From assembly GCF_009834535.1 (NCBI RefSeq), contig NC_045697.1, positions 99,450,001 through 99,514,000 on the forward strand: a stretch of 64,000 bases of DNA. The letters run 5' to 3'. The notes under the pieces are model-generated. The model made no database searches. It was not told the origin of the DNA and was given only the letters and a program-made list of their open reading frames with translations. The translations under genes were made by a program, and so were the position numbers. Source of the DNA: Camelus ferus. Lineage: Eukaryota. Positions 50,540-62,612 of this stretch are shown in pieces; within the stretch, counting starts at the first letter, position 1; every line of letters starts with the position of its first letter.

Positions 50540-50640
50540 TGACAATGACGTCAACTGTGGCAGGAAACTGGAGACGATTAGACATCCTTTTATTCTCTGA
50601 TGCTGCGTTGTTGCTTAAAACAGTACGTGGTGAGTCACAG
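50540..50640. promoter_or_regulatory. Candidate signal-responsive enhancer motif cluster
   Basis: CRE TGACGTCA 50546-50553, ETS-like CAGGAAA 50561-50567, HRE-like TACGTG 50624-50629, AP-1 TGAGTCA 50631-50637. Confidence 0.35.
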
Positions 50641-52338
50641 AATGACAGCTTGTCTTGAAGCCTTAGCTAACCAGAATCCAGGCTGGAACCTTAAGCAGAC
50701 ACACTCCGGAGAAGCCTAGTATCAGAAAGTGTGCACACGAGAGCTCGAAGAGAGAACTTTTTAGGGATCATCTGGTCTGCACTCACAGCTATTTGCTCTC
50801 GCTTTAACTGCACCTCCAGTAATCTGTGTGATTTCACCCCCAGGCACAGCAAGTTAGATGTAAAATATGAGGGGGTGTGGGGTGGATAGAGACTCCCAGG
50901 GGCCAACACAGTGGTAGCAGTACAAGGGCTACTGACGTGCGAAAGAGGAGACAAATTGTAAAAGAACACAAAGTACTCAGCAGTCTGGGGACATTTCACG
51001 TTTAGGGACAACGAGTTCACATATGAACAGACCCTAATGACACCATCACACAACAGAGGTACGATATTTACCCTGATAACAATGGCTGAGATAGCAAGAG
51101 AGAGTGAATTCTGTCCAATAATCTCTTCCTGCAGAGGGAAGGAAATGCAAAATATTTTAAGAATGGCTTCTATCAAAGAGTGTGGTTAGGTTGTTTTTGT
51201 TTTTGTTTTGTTTGTTTGCTTTAAGTTTTAGCACTTTACTGGGGCCCACTGTGTTTATGGGGAAATCTTACACTGAGACAAATGAACCACTGCTCACCCT
51301 CACCCAGCTGGAACTACGTAACCGCTTCACGGGCCTTGCCCACCAAGACCTACGACGACCTAAAACGACTCAACACCCTAGAGAGCTCATTTGTATGGGC
51401 AGCTTTATTTTAAAACACAATGAAACCGGAAACCCGATCTGCCAAAAAAACGACCAGATATAGCCTGTCCCACACCTCCCCATCCATGCGAAACGCAGAC
51501 TAAGATTTAAATTCAGGTCAAGAGCACAAGAGGTGGATCTATTTCAAGGCAGATTCCACTTCTGAAACTTTTTTTTTTTTTTTTTAGGTCTGGATAATCC
51601 TCGCTCCTCTGTCCCTCTTGCATCTCCTCTCCTGATGGTGGTGTCTCCCCTGCTAGGTACCTATCTTGCCCTCCTCTCCTGCCTCCCACAGCCCCTCACC
51701 ATTTTCTCGGACCCTCAAATGTAGTGGAGCAGCTCAGATGAGGGAAAAAGCGAAGACTAGATTCTGTTCACTTCATGCCAGAATCATTTCTTCCATGTTC
51801 AGCAGGTACCACCCAGGTAAATCCAAAGAAGGGGAGGGCGGGAGATACCTGGTTGTTCTTCCACGAAAGACGGAAGTTGGAAATGGGATTAAAAGAAAAG
51901 GCTGTTGGCTTAGAAGATACTAAAAGAGAAGCTCTTTTAGAAACAGGATATTGCAAGAGGGAATGCACCGAGGGGAAAGAGAGGGTGGAGGGTGGCCAGA
52001 AAGAAGAAATGGGTTAATCCTCTGAACAATAGCAAAGAGTTAAGTAAAGAGAATGATGGGAAAGAGGGTAAAGTTTGGTCACTCATCTGACTATTCCTGA
52101 AAGACCAGAAATTTCACAACAGCATCTTCCAGCTCACTTTCTTCGCTTCCTGGTGACAACAAGGAGGCGAATACTTTTAGCAAGATGGGAGAAACTACTG
52201 CAATATTCCCAGTACTGTGTTTCCACCAAATGTTTCCAAACAGGCATATGATAGGACCATTAACCAGCTATCACCGACTGGTTTGGCATTTTGTCAAAAC
52301 CCCCATGTTAAGAAACTTGTCTTAAAAATAACATTTTT

Positions 52339-52620
52339 CAAACTTAACGGTTATCAGAGGGGGGAAAGGGGGTGTGATGGGATAAATTGGGAGTTTGAGA
52401 TTTGCAGATACTAACTACTGTATATAAAATAGATAAACAACAAGGTCCTACTGTATAGCACAGGGAAGTATAGTCAATATACTGTAGGAGCCTATAATGA
52501 AAAAGAATATGAAAATGAATATATGTATATATATATGTATGACTGAAACATTATGCTGTGCACCAGAAATTGACACATTGTAAACTAACTATACTTCAAT
52601 AAAAAATAAAATAAAATAAA
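52339..52620 (+). mobile_element. 5'-truncated LINE-1 (artiodactyl/camelid-type) with TSD
   Basis: L1 3'UTR 'gggataaattgggagtttgagatttgcagatac...', aataaa-type tail; TSD aaaataac(a/g)ttttt at 52325-52338 and 52618-52631. Confidence 0.92.
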
Positions 52621-52894
52621 ATAACGTTTTTAAAGCTAAAATCTTCAAGTCTTCCATATTTTTCTCCACAATAATTAACAACAGAGTAGTAGACTAGAAA
52701 GAAACCTAGTAATTCATTTATTCAACATGCATTGAGCACCTACTATGTGCTTGGTCCAAGTTCTTAAGAGTTCTCACATTTTCAAACTGGGGTAACTTCT
52801 GTTTTGCTTGCGTGAAGTGTATTAATTTATACCCAAACAGTATTCTGATAAAAAATATAGGGTACACTCAAAAGGGCAAAGGTTAAAGAACTGT

Positions 52895-53070
52895 ACAAAT
52901 CCAGGTTTGAATTCCAGCTCGATTACATGTAAGGTGCTTATCCTTGGGCAGGTAACTTAGCTTCTATAGGTGTCAATTCCTTCCTCTGTGTAAAGGAGGA
53001 CCAGGTGTCACTGTTTTGTGAAGATTAAAAGAGACATAGAACATAAAGCTCCAAGCAGAACCTGGCCCCT
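52895..53070 (+). mobile_element. MIR SINE
   Basis: 'ggtttgaattccagctc...ccttgggcaggtaacttagcttct...ttgtgaagattaaa'. Confidence 0.75.
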
Positions 53071-54039
53071 GGCATTTATGCAATCGTTTATTCAGTGACT
53101 ATTTCCTGAGCATCCTACTCCATGCAGGTCCTGATCTAGCCATGAGCCTCAGCAACAAAAAAAAGAAGCAAGATCCCTCCTCTCACCTCCTCCTTCACGT
53201 ATCACCACCGGGACTAAGCAGGGCTCTGAAAACCTGTGAAGGGGCCTGAAACCCAGTGGATGCTGTACCGATACTCCAGATGTCATGATTTTCAATATCT
53301 CATTTTGACCTGAGTCAGGAATCACATTTTCAAGGGAGCGTCTGCTTGCGGCCCCGAGTCCTGAGCACTCGAGCGCAAAGGCTCAGTGATTCCTGGTCCG
53401 TGTCAGGCTGTTCACTGGGAAAACCAAACGCAGATGGCTGGGGTGGCCCAGCCCCTGGCCTTCGGGGTGTAGCAGAAATAGAACTTAGGAGACATAGATT
53501 GTTGTCCCTTTTGCCTTTGTGCTCTTAAGATGAGAAAGGTGACTTATTTTGTGGTGGGGACGGGGGACCTCTATACAGAGGAAGTTCCCAAATGAACTGC
53601 TACATTGTTGCTCTTACTCTCTGACTCATTTTTATTTTCCATCCCAGCCCTCCCTGGTGTCTTGGTCGGCTCCAGATGTGGCACAATACATTCTTTGTGT
53701 ACAAGATTCTAATATGCAATAAGACCAGTTATTAGGCCCACAATCATTTATGCACCAAAAAGAGAGTATCAGGTAAACAGACATGAATTGTGTATTTTGC
53801 TTTCTTATTGCTAACATTTAAGGCAAGAGAATTGATAAATGAAAGAAACTTACTGAAAACTTTAAACATTTGAAAACTCTATTCAAGTATGTATGTGCTT
53901 GATCCAGACATACAACTCAGGGGCAAACATTTTTATAAAGTCTTTAACGAAATCTGTGTTCTCTATTTTTGTTACTGGCACAACCGTCCACCTAGTAGGG
54001 AATTTTTGGTTATTTTCAACAGGTGAGGCAATGAGGTTT

Positions 54040-54200
54040 TGTGGAAAGTCACAGAAGCCTGGCTTTGAATCTCAATCCTCTGTACTTTTAGCTATCCAGA
54101 GTCAAGGAGGGTCTTAAATGTTTCTAAACTTCAGCGACCTCATCTGAAAAATGGATTTTTGAGAGAAGTAAATTAGATTTGGGATATAACCAAAGTGAGG
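54040..54200 (+). mobile_element. MIR SINE (degenerate)
   Basis: 'agtcacagaagcctggctttgaatctc...cttcagcgacctcatctgaaaaatgg'. Confidence 0.65.
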
Positions 54201-54269
54201 CATTCAGAAAAAGCAGTTACTCTCCCCGCCCCTCCCAGCACACCACTCTCAGAACCTTTCTCTTCCATT

Positions 54270-54780
54270 CTACTGCCCAGTAACTGGTCTCCTGGACTAC
54301 TGTCCTCTGACTGTTTTCTTGGCCTTGAATGCAATTCCTCCAACCGACCTCAAAACTGCTGCTAGAAAGCATTCAGAATCAGCAATCTGATTGTGGCACA
54401 CCTCTGCCACAAATCCCTGCATGGCCATTATATTCAGAACAACTCTGCATTCAGAGCAAAGTCTGCCGCCCCACTACCACCCATCTGCTCAGCCTCAGTG
54501 CCCATGCCCACCCCACCTCTGCCCCCTGAATGACGTTCCAGGCTCCCAGCCATGGTTTGCAGGTCACACCATCTGCTCTGTGTGTTGACTCATTGACTCT
54601 CCCTGCCCCTCCTCCCGGATGCCATCCTCACTCCACCCCCTCCCATCTGTAGAGACCACCATCCTTCTCAAGGCTCAGCTCAGATGCCACCTCCCTTTGA
54701 AACCCTCCTGCTTTCCCGGCTGACTCAGCACTCCACTCACACCTTGATGATACCTTTCTCAATTTTATTACTTAAGTTTT
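54270..54780 (+). mobile_element. L2 LINE fragment
   Basis: 'taactggtctcctg...catccttctcaaggctcagctcagatgccacctccctttgaaaccctcc'. Confidence 0.6.
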
Positions 54781-55047
54781 GTGTTCTAGAGTTACCCACA
54801 TCCATCATGGTCCTTCTCCATTGGATTGTTAGTTCTTCCACATTATATACGTTTTAAAGAAGAATCCTCACGTTTGATCATTCCTTACATGAAGAAGATA
54901 GAACCAAAAGGTAAAAGTGGGGCAAGACGTTCCCAAGGTGTTTCCAATGGCAAAAGAAAACTAAAATGCACTGGAAATGAAGCCTTGGATGTATTTAGAA
55001 AAAAAAAATTAAGAAAACCCCAGCAAACCACAGAGGTGTTTGCCATC

Positions 55048-55655
55048 TGTGGTGGATTAAGGATGGCCACAAATTCTTTGATCTTTCTTGCACTGACAGG
55101 TGAGTTTATTTCCCTCCCGTTGAAACAGAACTGCTTGTAACCAGTTTCACCAACAGAGTGACATTATGCCATTTTCAAGCCTAGCATCATACATGACTAA
55201 CAGCTTTGGCCTTGGTCTCTTGGAACCCTGAGCCTCCCTGGGAGACACAGGATTACCCTAATGCAAAAATCTCATGGAGAGGCCCTGAGTCTACCCAGAG
55301 AGTCAGAGGGACCCAGGGGAGATCAGCCTTCCAGGAATCCCTTGCCAAAGTGCCAGGCAGGTGAGTGAAGCCATACTGGACCCTCCAGACCAGTCCAACC
55401 ATTGACTGAATACTGCTGAGTGACCTGTGATACCCTGCAGGGAACAGAAGGGTCACCTAGCTGAGCCCTGCTCAAATTCATGATCAACAAAATCACAGAT
55501 ATGATTAAATGGTGGTTGTTTTAAGCCACCAAGTATTTTTTAAATATATTTTTATGAAAGTATAGTCAGTTTGCAATGTTGTGTCAATTTTTGGTGTACA
55601 GCACATTAAACCAAGTGTTGATGTGGTTTGCTAGCAGCAATGGGGAATCAGAACA
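55048..55655 (+). mobile_element. MLT1-family MaLR solo LTR interrupted by a short antisense L1 tail (55535-55605)
   Basis: Begins TGTGGTGGATTAAGGATGGCCACAAATTC and ends 'gtggtttgctagcagcaatggggaatcagaaca'; insert flanked by accaagt at 55528-55534 and 55610-55616. Confidence 0.88.
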
Positions 55656-56850
55656 CCATCTTAATCAGTTTTAGCTGAGCACCCTAACCTAACTACTAGA
55701 ATACTTTTCCTCCGAAGGGAACACTTCTCTTACTTATCAATAGATAGACTAGTTGGGGGAATCTGAACTTATCTTAAAGAAATGTGCACTGCACATTACA
55801 CATGTGGATTATGACCCCCGCTGTCGTAGAGCCTGGTAGATTGCTCATCTCAACTAGATAAGCCGCAAGCTGAGGGCAGCAGCCAAGGCGTACACCACAT
55901 ACACCTTGTCCTGCAGGACAACGTGCACAGCAGGGGCTCTGTACTATTGAATGTCTGATTTATTGACTGCCAGTTTAGTAAAGAGCATCGTACTGGAGGT
56001 ACAGAACCTAAGCTCTATTCTTTACTTTGAAAAGGGAAAAGACAGACGTGTCCACTAATATCTGAACAGACATAGTTAACAGAACTTTAGGAGCAATCCA
56101 GTAGAATGCTGTAGGGGAAGCCAGGAGACTCTCCATCCTGTCCTTAACCACCCACACCTCCTTATGCCTATGAGGAAGAAATCTTTGTGCCTTCATCTGC
56201 TAACTATCTGAAGGGGAGGATCACATCTGATATCTCTTAGATCAGTATACATTAGAAGTGAAGTGATTTTAAGGATTGAAAACACCTTCAGTTCCTTGGC
56301 CAAACAATGGTGGGTAAACCCAAGCTACTACACTATTTTGCAGATATATGTGATTCTCGTGTATAAAGCAGCCTGAATTAGTAGATGCAGTTCCATGTGC
56401 TGGGTCAGCCGAGCACTTGTGTAACATTTACTAGATTTTTTGTCTTTAAAGTATAGTAAATAAAACACTAAAACATATGGAGATTTCAACTAACTTCTGA
56501 AGGAGATATAACATGTGTTGGAATCAGAAAAGAAACATTCGTGCCCTAAGTCTAGGTCTTCTGTGTAAGACATCAGCCAGGAAAAATGTGGTGGGAACCT
56601 CCAAACTTATCTGTGTAATGATGTGTGTTGTTTTGTTGTAATGCTGAGTGCTTAGCAAAAAGCCTGGGCCATTAGCCTGTTCTCGTGGGCATCAGCCCCT
56701 CCATATAGGAGATGGCATCTGCTGAGGCCCTATGTGGATTGCACTGTATCCCTTATTCTCATACAGAAACCCTACAACATTAAGAATGATTCCTGACTCC
56801 ATCTTCAATTTCGATGGCGAAATTGAGGCCTGGAGATTCTATAACTCTCC

Positions 56851-57232
56851 TGTATTAGTTTGCTATTGCTGCCATCCCAAAATACCACAGACTGAGTGAA
56901 TGGCTTAAACAACAGAAATTTCGTTTCTCCTAGTTCTGGAGGCTGAGAGTTCAAGATTAAGGAGCTGGCACGTGTGGCTTCTCCCCAAGTCTCTCTCTTT
57001 GGTTTGCAGGCAGCTGCCCTCTCACTGGGACCTCTCCTGGCCTCATCTCTGTGTGCAGGCACACCTGGTGTCTCTTTGTCTTACAAGGATACAAGTCATA
57101 CTGAATTAGGGGCTCCACCCTTTGACCTCATTTGACTTTATCTCCCTAAAGGCGTTATCTCCAAGTACAGTCACACTGGGGGTTAGGGCTTCAACTTATG
57201 AATTTTGGTGGGACATAACTGAGTTCATAACA
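56851..57232 (-). mobile_element. MLT1A-like MaLR solo LTR with 5-bp TSD, nested in a MIR
   Basis: TG...CA termini; TSD tctcc at 56846-56850 and 57233-57237; MIR halves at ~56760-56850 and ~57233-57290. Confidence 0.9.
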
Positions 57233-58692
57233 TCTCCCCAGGTCACAAAGCTAGTCAGTGCTGGAGCCGGGGTGTGCATCCCAGCCTCCTGCCTATAATC
57301 CACCCAACTGCTGTCGGTGCTGCTCTGCCTTCCCACCCCTGCCTGGGTCTGTGTCCACAGAAAATGGCCTGGGTAACTACCCATTATACAAAGTTAAGGG
57401 AATAAAGGAGGGAAAGGAAACTGAAATGCAGAAAATCAAGAAAAACTGACTCTTTGCAAAGTAGGAAATGCAGCTCACACCCAAACTTATTCTTCCACAG
57501 CCAAGAGTCCCCTTCCGCCCCCATCATGCTGGCTTTGTTTTAACAGCAGGAAACTCCCTCATCTTCTCAGATGATGAGGAAGGTCTTGGGGACCAGTGCT
57601 TCCTACTAGCAGCCACCAGCTGGGTACAACACAATAACATGCTTTTTCCAAAATTACAAGATAATACAGAGTCTAATTTTTTCCATCACATTTTTGTAAC
57701 CAAAAAAAAAATTCAAAAATCCTCTTCTGGTGCTATATAACTCATAAATGTAATTAATAAAGATTTCCTGATTAGCTAAAACATGTTAAATCCAAAAAGA
57801 GCTAGACATGTTTTCTTCCTTCTATCAGATAAAGCAAGGAAGCATCTTATATTTATAAAAGCACATGCTTTCAACTATATTGGATTTTCCTTTTAAAAAG
57901 AACAATCATTGAAAGTGGCTGCCAGCAGAGAATTAGGTGCATTTAAACAGGTATTTGTGTTCTGGAAGATATTAATTGAAACTCTTTTATTTGTTGTTGT
58001 TTATGTACGTGTTTGTTTTGGTTCTGAGGAGGAGCTGAGGTTCTTTTATGCATGAGGAAGCCTTTCATCTGAAATTCCAGCTTCATACAAAATTAAACCA
58101 GCCTATTGGAGATATAACGTTATATAAAGCATTAAGACCTGCTGAAAATATTGTTTTAAAAAGATATGAAAAATTGAAATGGCTTTTCTGTGTGAATCAG
58201 TCCATAACAAATATGAGACACAGCAGGGCTGATGTAACTTAGAAGAAGATGAAATCCGGGTTGCCCATTACCTATCCTCACAGTACTGCTTTCCTGGGTT
58301 CTGCAGGATGGTCCAGCCTTACCAGCTAACCCCAGGGATGGCTAATGAGGTAAAAATTCTGCTTCATCTTCAGTTTTATTGGCTACCAGCACATCACCGT
58401 CAAAACCACAATGTCAGCTTCACCACAGCAGAGACCAAATTTTGGTTCAGAGACCAGCCCATCCTACTGGTCAGGAAATGACTCAAACAATAATACTTCT
58501 CCACTGGTTTTCTCCCAGTAAAGATACAGTATGTACTGTTGTACGCATCATATTACTATTCTGTTCTCTGTTCTTGAAACAGAAATGCTCCTTTGGTACT
58601 AAAAACCAGTAATACCACACCTTAGAGAATAAAAGAACTGAGGCATCATTATGAAACTTGTTTTTTAAGTAGCCAAAGGGATTTAAAGTTAC

Positions 58693-58770
58693 ATTTTTTT
58701 AATTTTTTATTGAAGGATATTTGATTTACATTGTTTCAGGTTTACACCAAAGTGATTCAGTTACACAAAT
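58693..58770 (-). mobile_element. Short LINE-1 3' tail
   Basis: 'tttttttaattttttattgaagg...gatttaca...gtttcaggtttacaccaaagtgattcagtta'. Confidence 0.75.
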
Positions 58771-61310
58771 ATTTTTAATGTGTATATTTTAATGGTCTGA
58801 TAGCAGCACTGTCATCAGGGACATTAATTCAAAGTCTCAGCTTTTCTCTCTCAACTTTCTGAGTGAGTATAGAGGGTCCTAAGAGCTTATGTAACGAGTA
58901 AAAGATAACCCTGTTATTTCCACCAGGATCTTCTGCTTAGCAGGAATATGTCCCAGGGTCCTTGTCCCAAAGCTCCCTGACTTAGCTGATCACAGAAAGC
59001 CTTCCACTCTATTCACAATCACCACCACCAGCATGTAACTTCCTTATGCCTTGTTTGTATCCTATCACAGAAAAAGATCTTGTAAAATAAAACCCTTTTT
59101 TTTTTGGTAATCCACACTGTTAGATAAAGCATTTTATTCATAACTTGAGAAAAAGCACTTTAAAATGGTGATCAAGATTATCTTATACTAGATTTAACCT
59201 GTGGTGGACCCAGAGGTTTCATGTGAAACTGGATTATCACGATCTTGGCCTGACACTCCATTTCAAATTCTCATCAAGTCTACATCTCCTGCTCTACTTT
59301 TTCAGAGCTAACCTAAGTGCAGGTAAGTGTCAAGGGCTCCGACAGAACATCTTAGCACTTTGTGGAATGAATGATAGGAATGAAACATGAAAAGACCCAA
59401 GAGGTCAGCCCTGCCTCTGTCTCACAAAACAGAATTATTCCCCACAGTGTATCTTCAAGTTAGATCACATCCATTTTGCTTGTTTACAAAGCTTAGTATT
59501 GATAAAGAATAACAAACAGTTGCCTGTTTAAATAGCTTAATTGACAAATTAATAAGTGAGCATGTAACTCTAAGAGGTTTAAGTGAGGAACATGGAGGGA
59601 AAAAAATGACCCTCTTCCACAATCTGGTCAAGGTATCCATGACATATCAATCGAGTGATGGAGATACTGACCCATTGATGCTGAAATCCTGAGAGCGTGG
59701 TGTGCAAATACCCAACAGAATAGCTAGGGAAACATTTCTGTCCTTGGAAAAAAATTATAACTGAAGATGAATCCAATTTCAATAAAGATGTTACATGAGC
59801 TAATATGGTTTTTCCACCTCAATGCTCCTACTCCCACTTTTAAGACTCCTTACTTCTAATCCCATCACTGCATTGTGCTCTACCACTAGGGTGCAAATGA
59901 ATGACTCATTTGTCATCAATAGTTCAGGATATTTCTCTGTAAAAACTGACTTTTCTGAGAAAAAAAAGGAACTAGAGACATGTAAAAAGACTGCAGGAGG
60001 GGAGGCTCAAATTAATTTTCCATTTCCTGTTGTTTACAAAAATCTCGCTCTTTGGTGAGACATTCCCCATTTGGAGGCAAGGCTGGATTGACTAACCTTT
60101 CTATTCAGCCCTGGGCAGCACAGGTATGTTCTTTTCCTTCCAATTGCTCCTGACTATCATAAGCCTCCGCTCTGGTCAATGGAGTTATAGCTGTTAAGAG
60201 TAAATATCCTTACACAGTACACTGTTAAAAATTGTTATAGGCACTAGTTTCAGACATACCAATCCAACAGAATATACATTTGTGTGTGTGCACCTACAGA
60301 TGAGTGAGCTGTGAAAGTCAAGAAGAATCTTCTTTATGCAACTGGCACCTTTGACTCTGGTTTCTTCTAGCAAAACAAAACTAAAATGGTATTTCCAAAT
60401 ACCCCTAAAGTATCAGGATTTGGAATCTTATATTAACAAATTAGTTTACTATGGCATGGAGATTGACGTACACCAGCATTCAAATTTCATCACTTTTCAT
60501 GGCTATAATGTTCACCTTTTTCTTAATCATTGGTATCACAATTGCCTGGACTATTTGTAAATCACTGACAAACAATCACAACTTGAGAAAAACTCATTAT
60601 TTTTCTTTTTTTATCTAAAACAGACAAGGCTTAGCAAAATCCTGAGATTAATTTCAGAATAAAATCTATTAATCGAGGAGTTAGGTTTAAAAGGAGTAGT
60701 GCCTCTATGAAAACAAGAAAACAAAAAACAAAAAGCAGAGAATTTATGAACATTATGAATGAAGGACCACAATCTCCATTATGTATATAATCTACATGAT
60801 AAAAATATATTGGTCAGCTGTTAGTAAAGAGACTAAGTCTGAGTCTAATTTTCTATCAGTTACCTGGGGCTTAAGTCTGAAGAACTATCACTATTGAGTA
60901 CTTTGAACATACAGATCTTCCTCATCTTAATTATTTCAATTATTTGTCTAGACTGATGGCTGACCAGACTCTTTACCTCTTCTGCCTACTAGTTCCTTTT
61001 ATGTAGATTTCTTTAGGGAAAGATGAGAGCCCTCAACCAGAGTGATGGGGGAAAAAAGATGACAGCAGGGTGAGCAAAAAATACTCTGAAAAAAGAGAAG
61101 GGGTGTAGAGATAAACAGAAATTAAACAAAACGAAAAATCTAGAGGGATGTATCATGCATATCAACAACCTCTAGCTTGAAAATACTTAACAACAGCAAC
61201 CACAATCTTGGCACTCCAGGACACATACACACATATATATTAAGCTAACTCTAGAAAATCTCTTTATATACCTTTCCCCCACTCCCATCCCTCAGCTAAG
61301 TAACCTAACT

Positions 61311-61357
61311 CAACACACGTGTGTACACACAGACACACAGACACACACACACACACC
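61311..61357. repeat. Imperfect (CA)n microsatellite
   Basis: Directly visible. Confidence 0.85.
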
Positions 61358-61359
61358 TG

Positions 61360-61810
61360 CCATTCCAGAATGTGCCATGGTCTCATTCTTTTGTGTCCTT
61401 ACTCATGTTGTCCCCTAGCCTGGAATTCCTTTTCTTCTTCATCTACCTTCAAATTATTTATTCTTCCTTTAATAGCCAGCTCCATCATGAGCTCCTCTTG
61501 AGAGTTAGATGCCCCTGCTTTGTGGATGTCTATTACAGCACTTAACAAGCTGCACTGTCATTATTAAATGCTTTCCTGGGTCTCCTGTGAAACTGTGAGC
61601 TCCTTGAAGGCAAAGCTGGTCTTGCATATCTCTTGAAACCACATGGTAGACAAAAAACACATGGAATCTGGAGTCAGATATTTCAATCTTGGTTTTGACA
61701 AGGTTTTATCTACAAAATGATAATAATATGTCTACTTCTCACAAATACTGTTAGGATTAAATAATTTAATTACCTTGTACATTTAATTACCTTGCTCAAT
61801 AAATGTTTGA
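61360..61810 (+). mobile_element. L2 fragment followed by MIR fragment
   Basis: 'tagcctggaattcct...actgtgagctccttgaaggca' (L2); 'tctggagtcaga...tctacaaaatgataataat...tgttaggattaaataa' (MIR). Confidence 0.65.
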
Positions 61811-62272
61811 ACTACTTCCTTCTGAAGACCAGTACAGGCAAAATACCTACTATTTAGTACATGTCCAATACATGTGTGTGGATTAAATTGAATCCCCATT
61901 ACTCTGACTGGTCAGTTACATGCCAATGGCATACAAAGGTGATTTCACCTACTCTTGTTATTAGAATTCAATGCTGAAGAACGTACCAAAGAAGATACTT
62001 CAAATAAAAGGTCAGAAGCTGGGGCCATGCTGCCTAACTCAGGGGCCTACCAGAAATTATCCACTGTCTCATCTATTGCGGGTGACTCACCGGTGAGCAG
62101 ACTGTCCCACCCAGAAATACTTCTTTTTAAACTTCACAATACCTCTTTTCCTCAAATATTTGATGGAAATGGAAACATATGTGATTTTCTTTTTCCTATT
62201 TACCAAGATAGCATGGCTAAATGAGAACTATAAAGCTAGTTTCAACTTTCTGAGACAAGACACAACACACTT

Positions 62273-62300
62273 ACACACACACACTCACACACACACACAC
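62273..62300. repeat. (CA)n microsatellite
   Basis: Directly visible. Confidence 0.9.
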
Positions 62301-62579
62301 GTTATATTCATGGTTGCTTAGAATTTGAGGGTTTAAGTTCAAGTTCAAGGCACGTATAAATTTTTTTTTAAAGACACAAAACACTGAGAAAAGAGGAGAA
62401 GAGGAGAGGAGAAGAAAAAGAAAGAGGGAAAAATAGGTGTGGTAACTGACAAAGAACAGATTTGAATAGATCCTCCTACATTCAAAGAGATTTAGTCCAA
62501 CGTGAATAACTGAGTCTAACGCTAATTTGACGTAATACTTCAGGTGCTGTATTAGAATTCCACAAGAATGATTTCTTAC

Positions 62580-62612
62580 CACTTCCTTCTAACAAGAATT
62601 CAGTGAAGCTCT
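62580..62612 (-). other. Candidate 33-nt exon
   Basis: Acceptor 'tccctcttttttcccag|', donor 'GTG|GTAAGA'; one frame open (SFTEFLLEGS), symmetric phase 1. Confidence 0.4.

Noticed and set aside
59306..59322. Plus-strand 17-nt microexon-like pattern (ttttcag|...CAG|GTAAGT); a similar 15-nt pattern lies at 60109-60123
   Set aside because: Isolated, with no supporting plus-strand gene structure; worth revisiting only if an antisense transcript is found
61764..61794. Direct repeat atttaattaccttg present twice
   Set aside because: Small local duplication at the end of a MIR fragment; no functional signal
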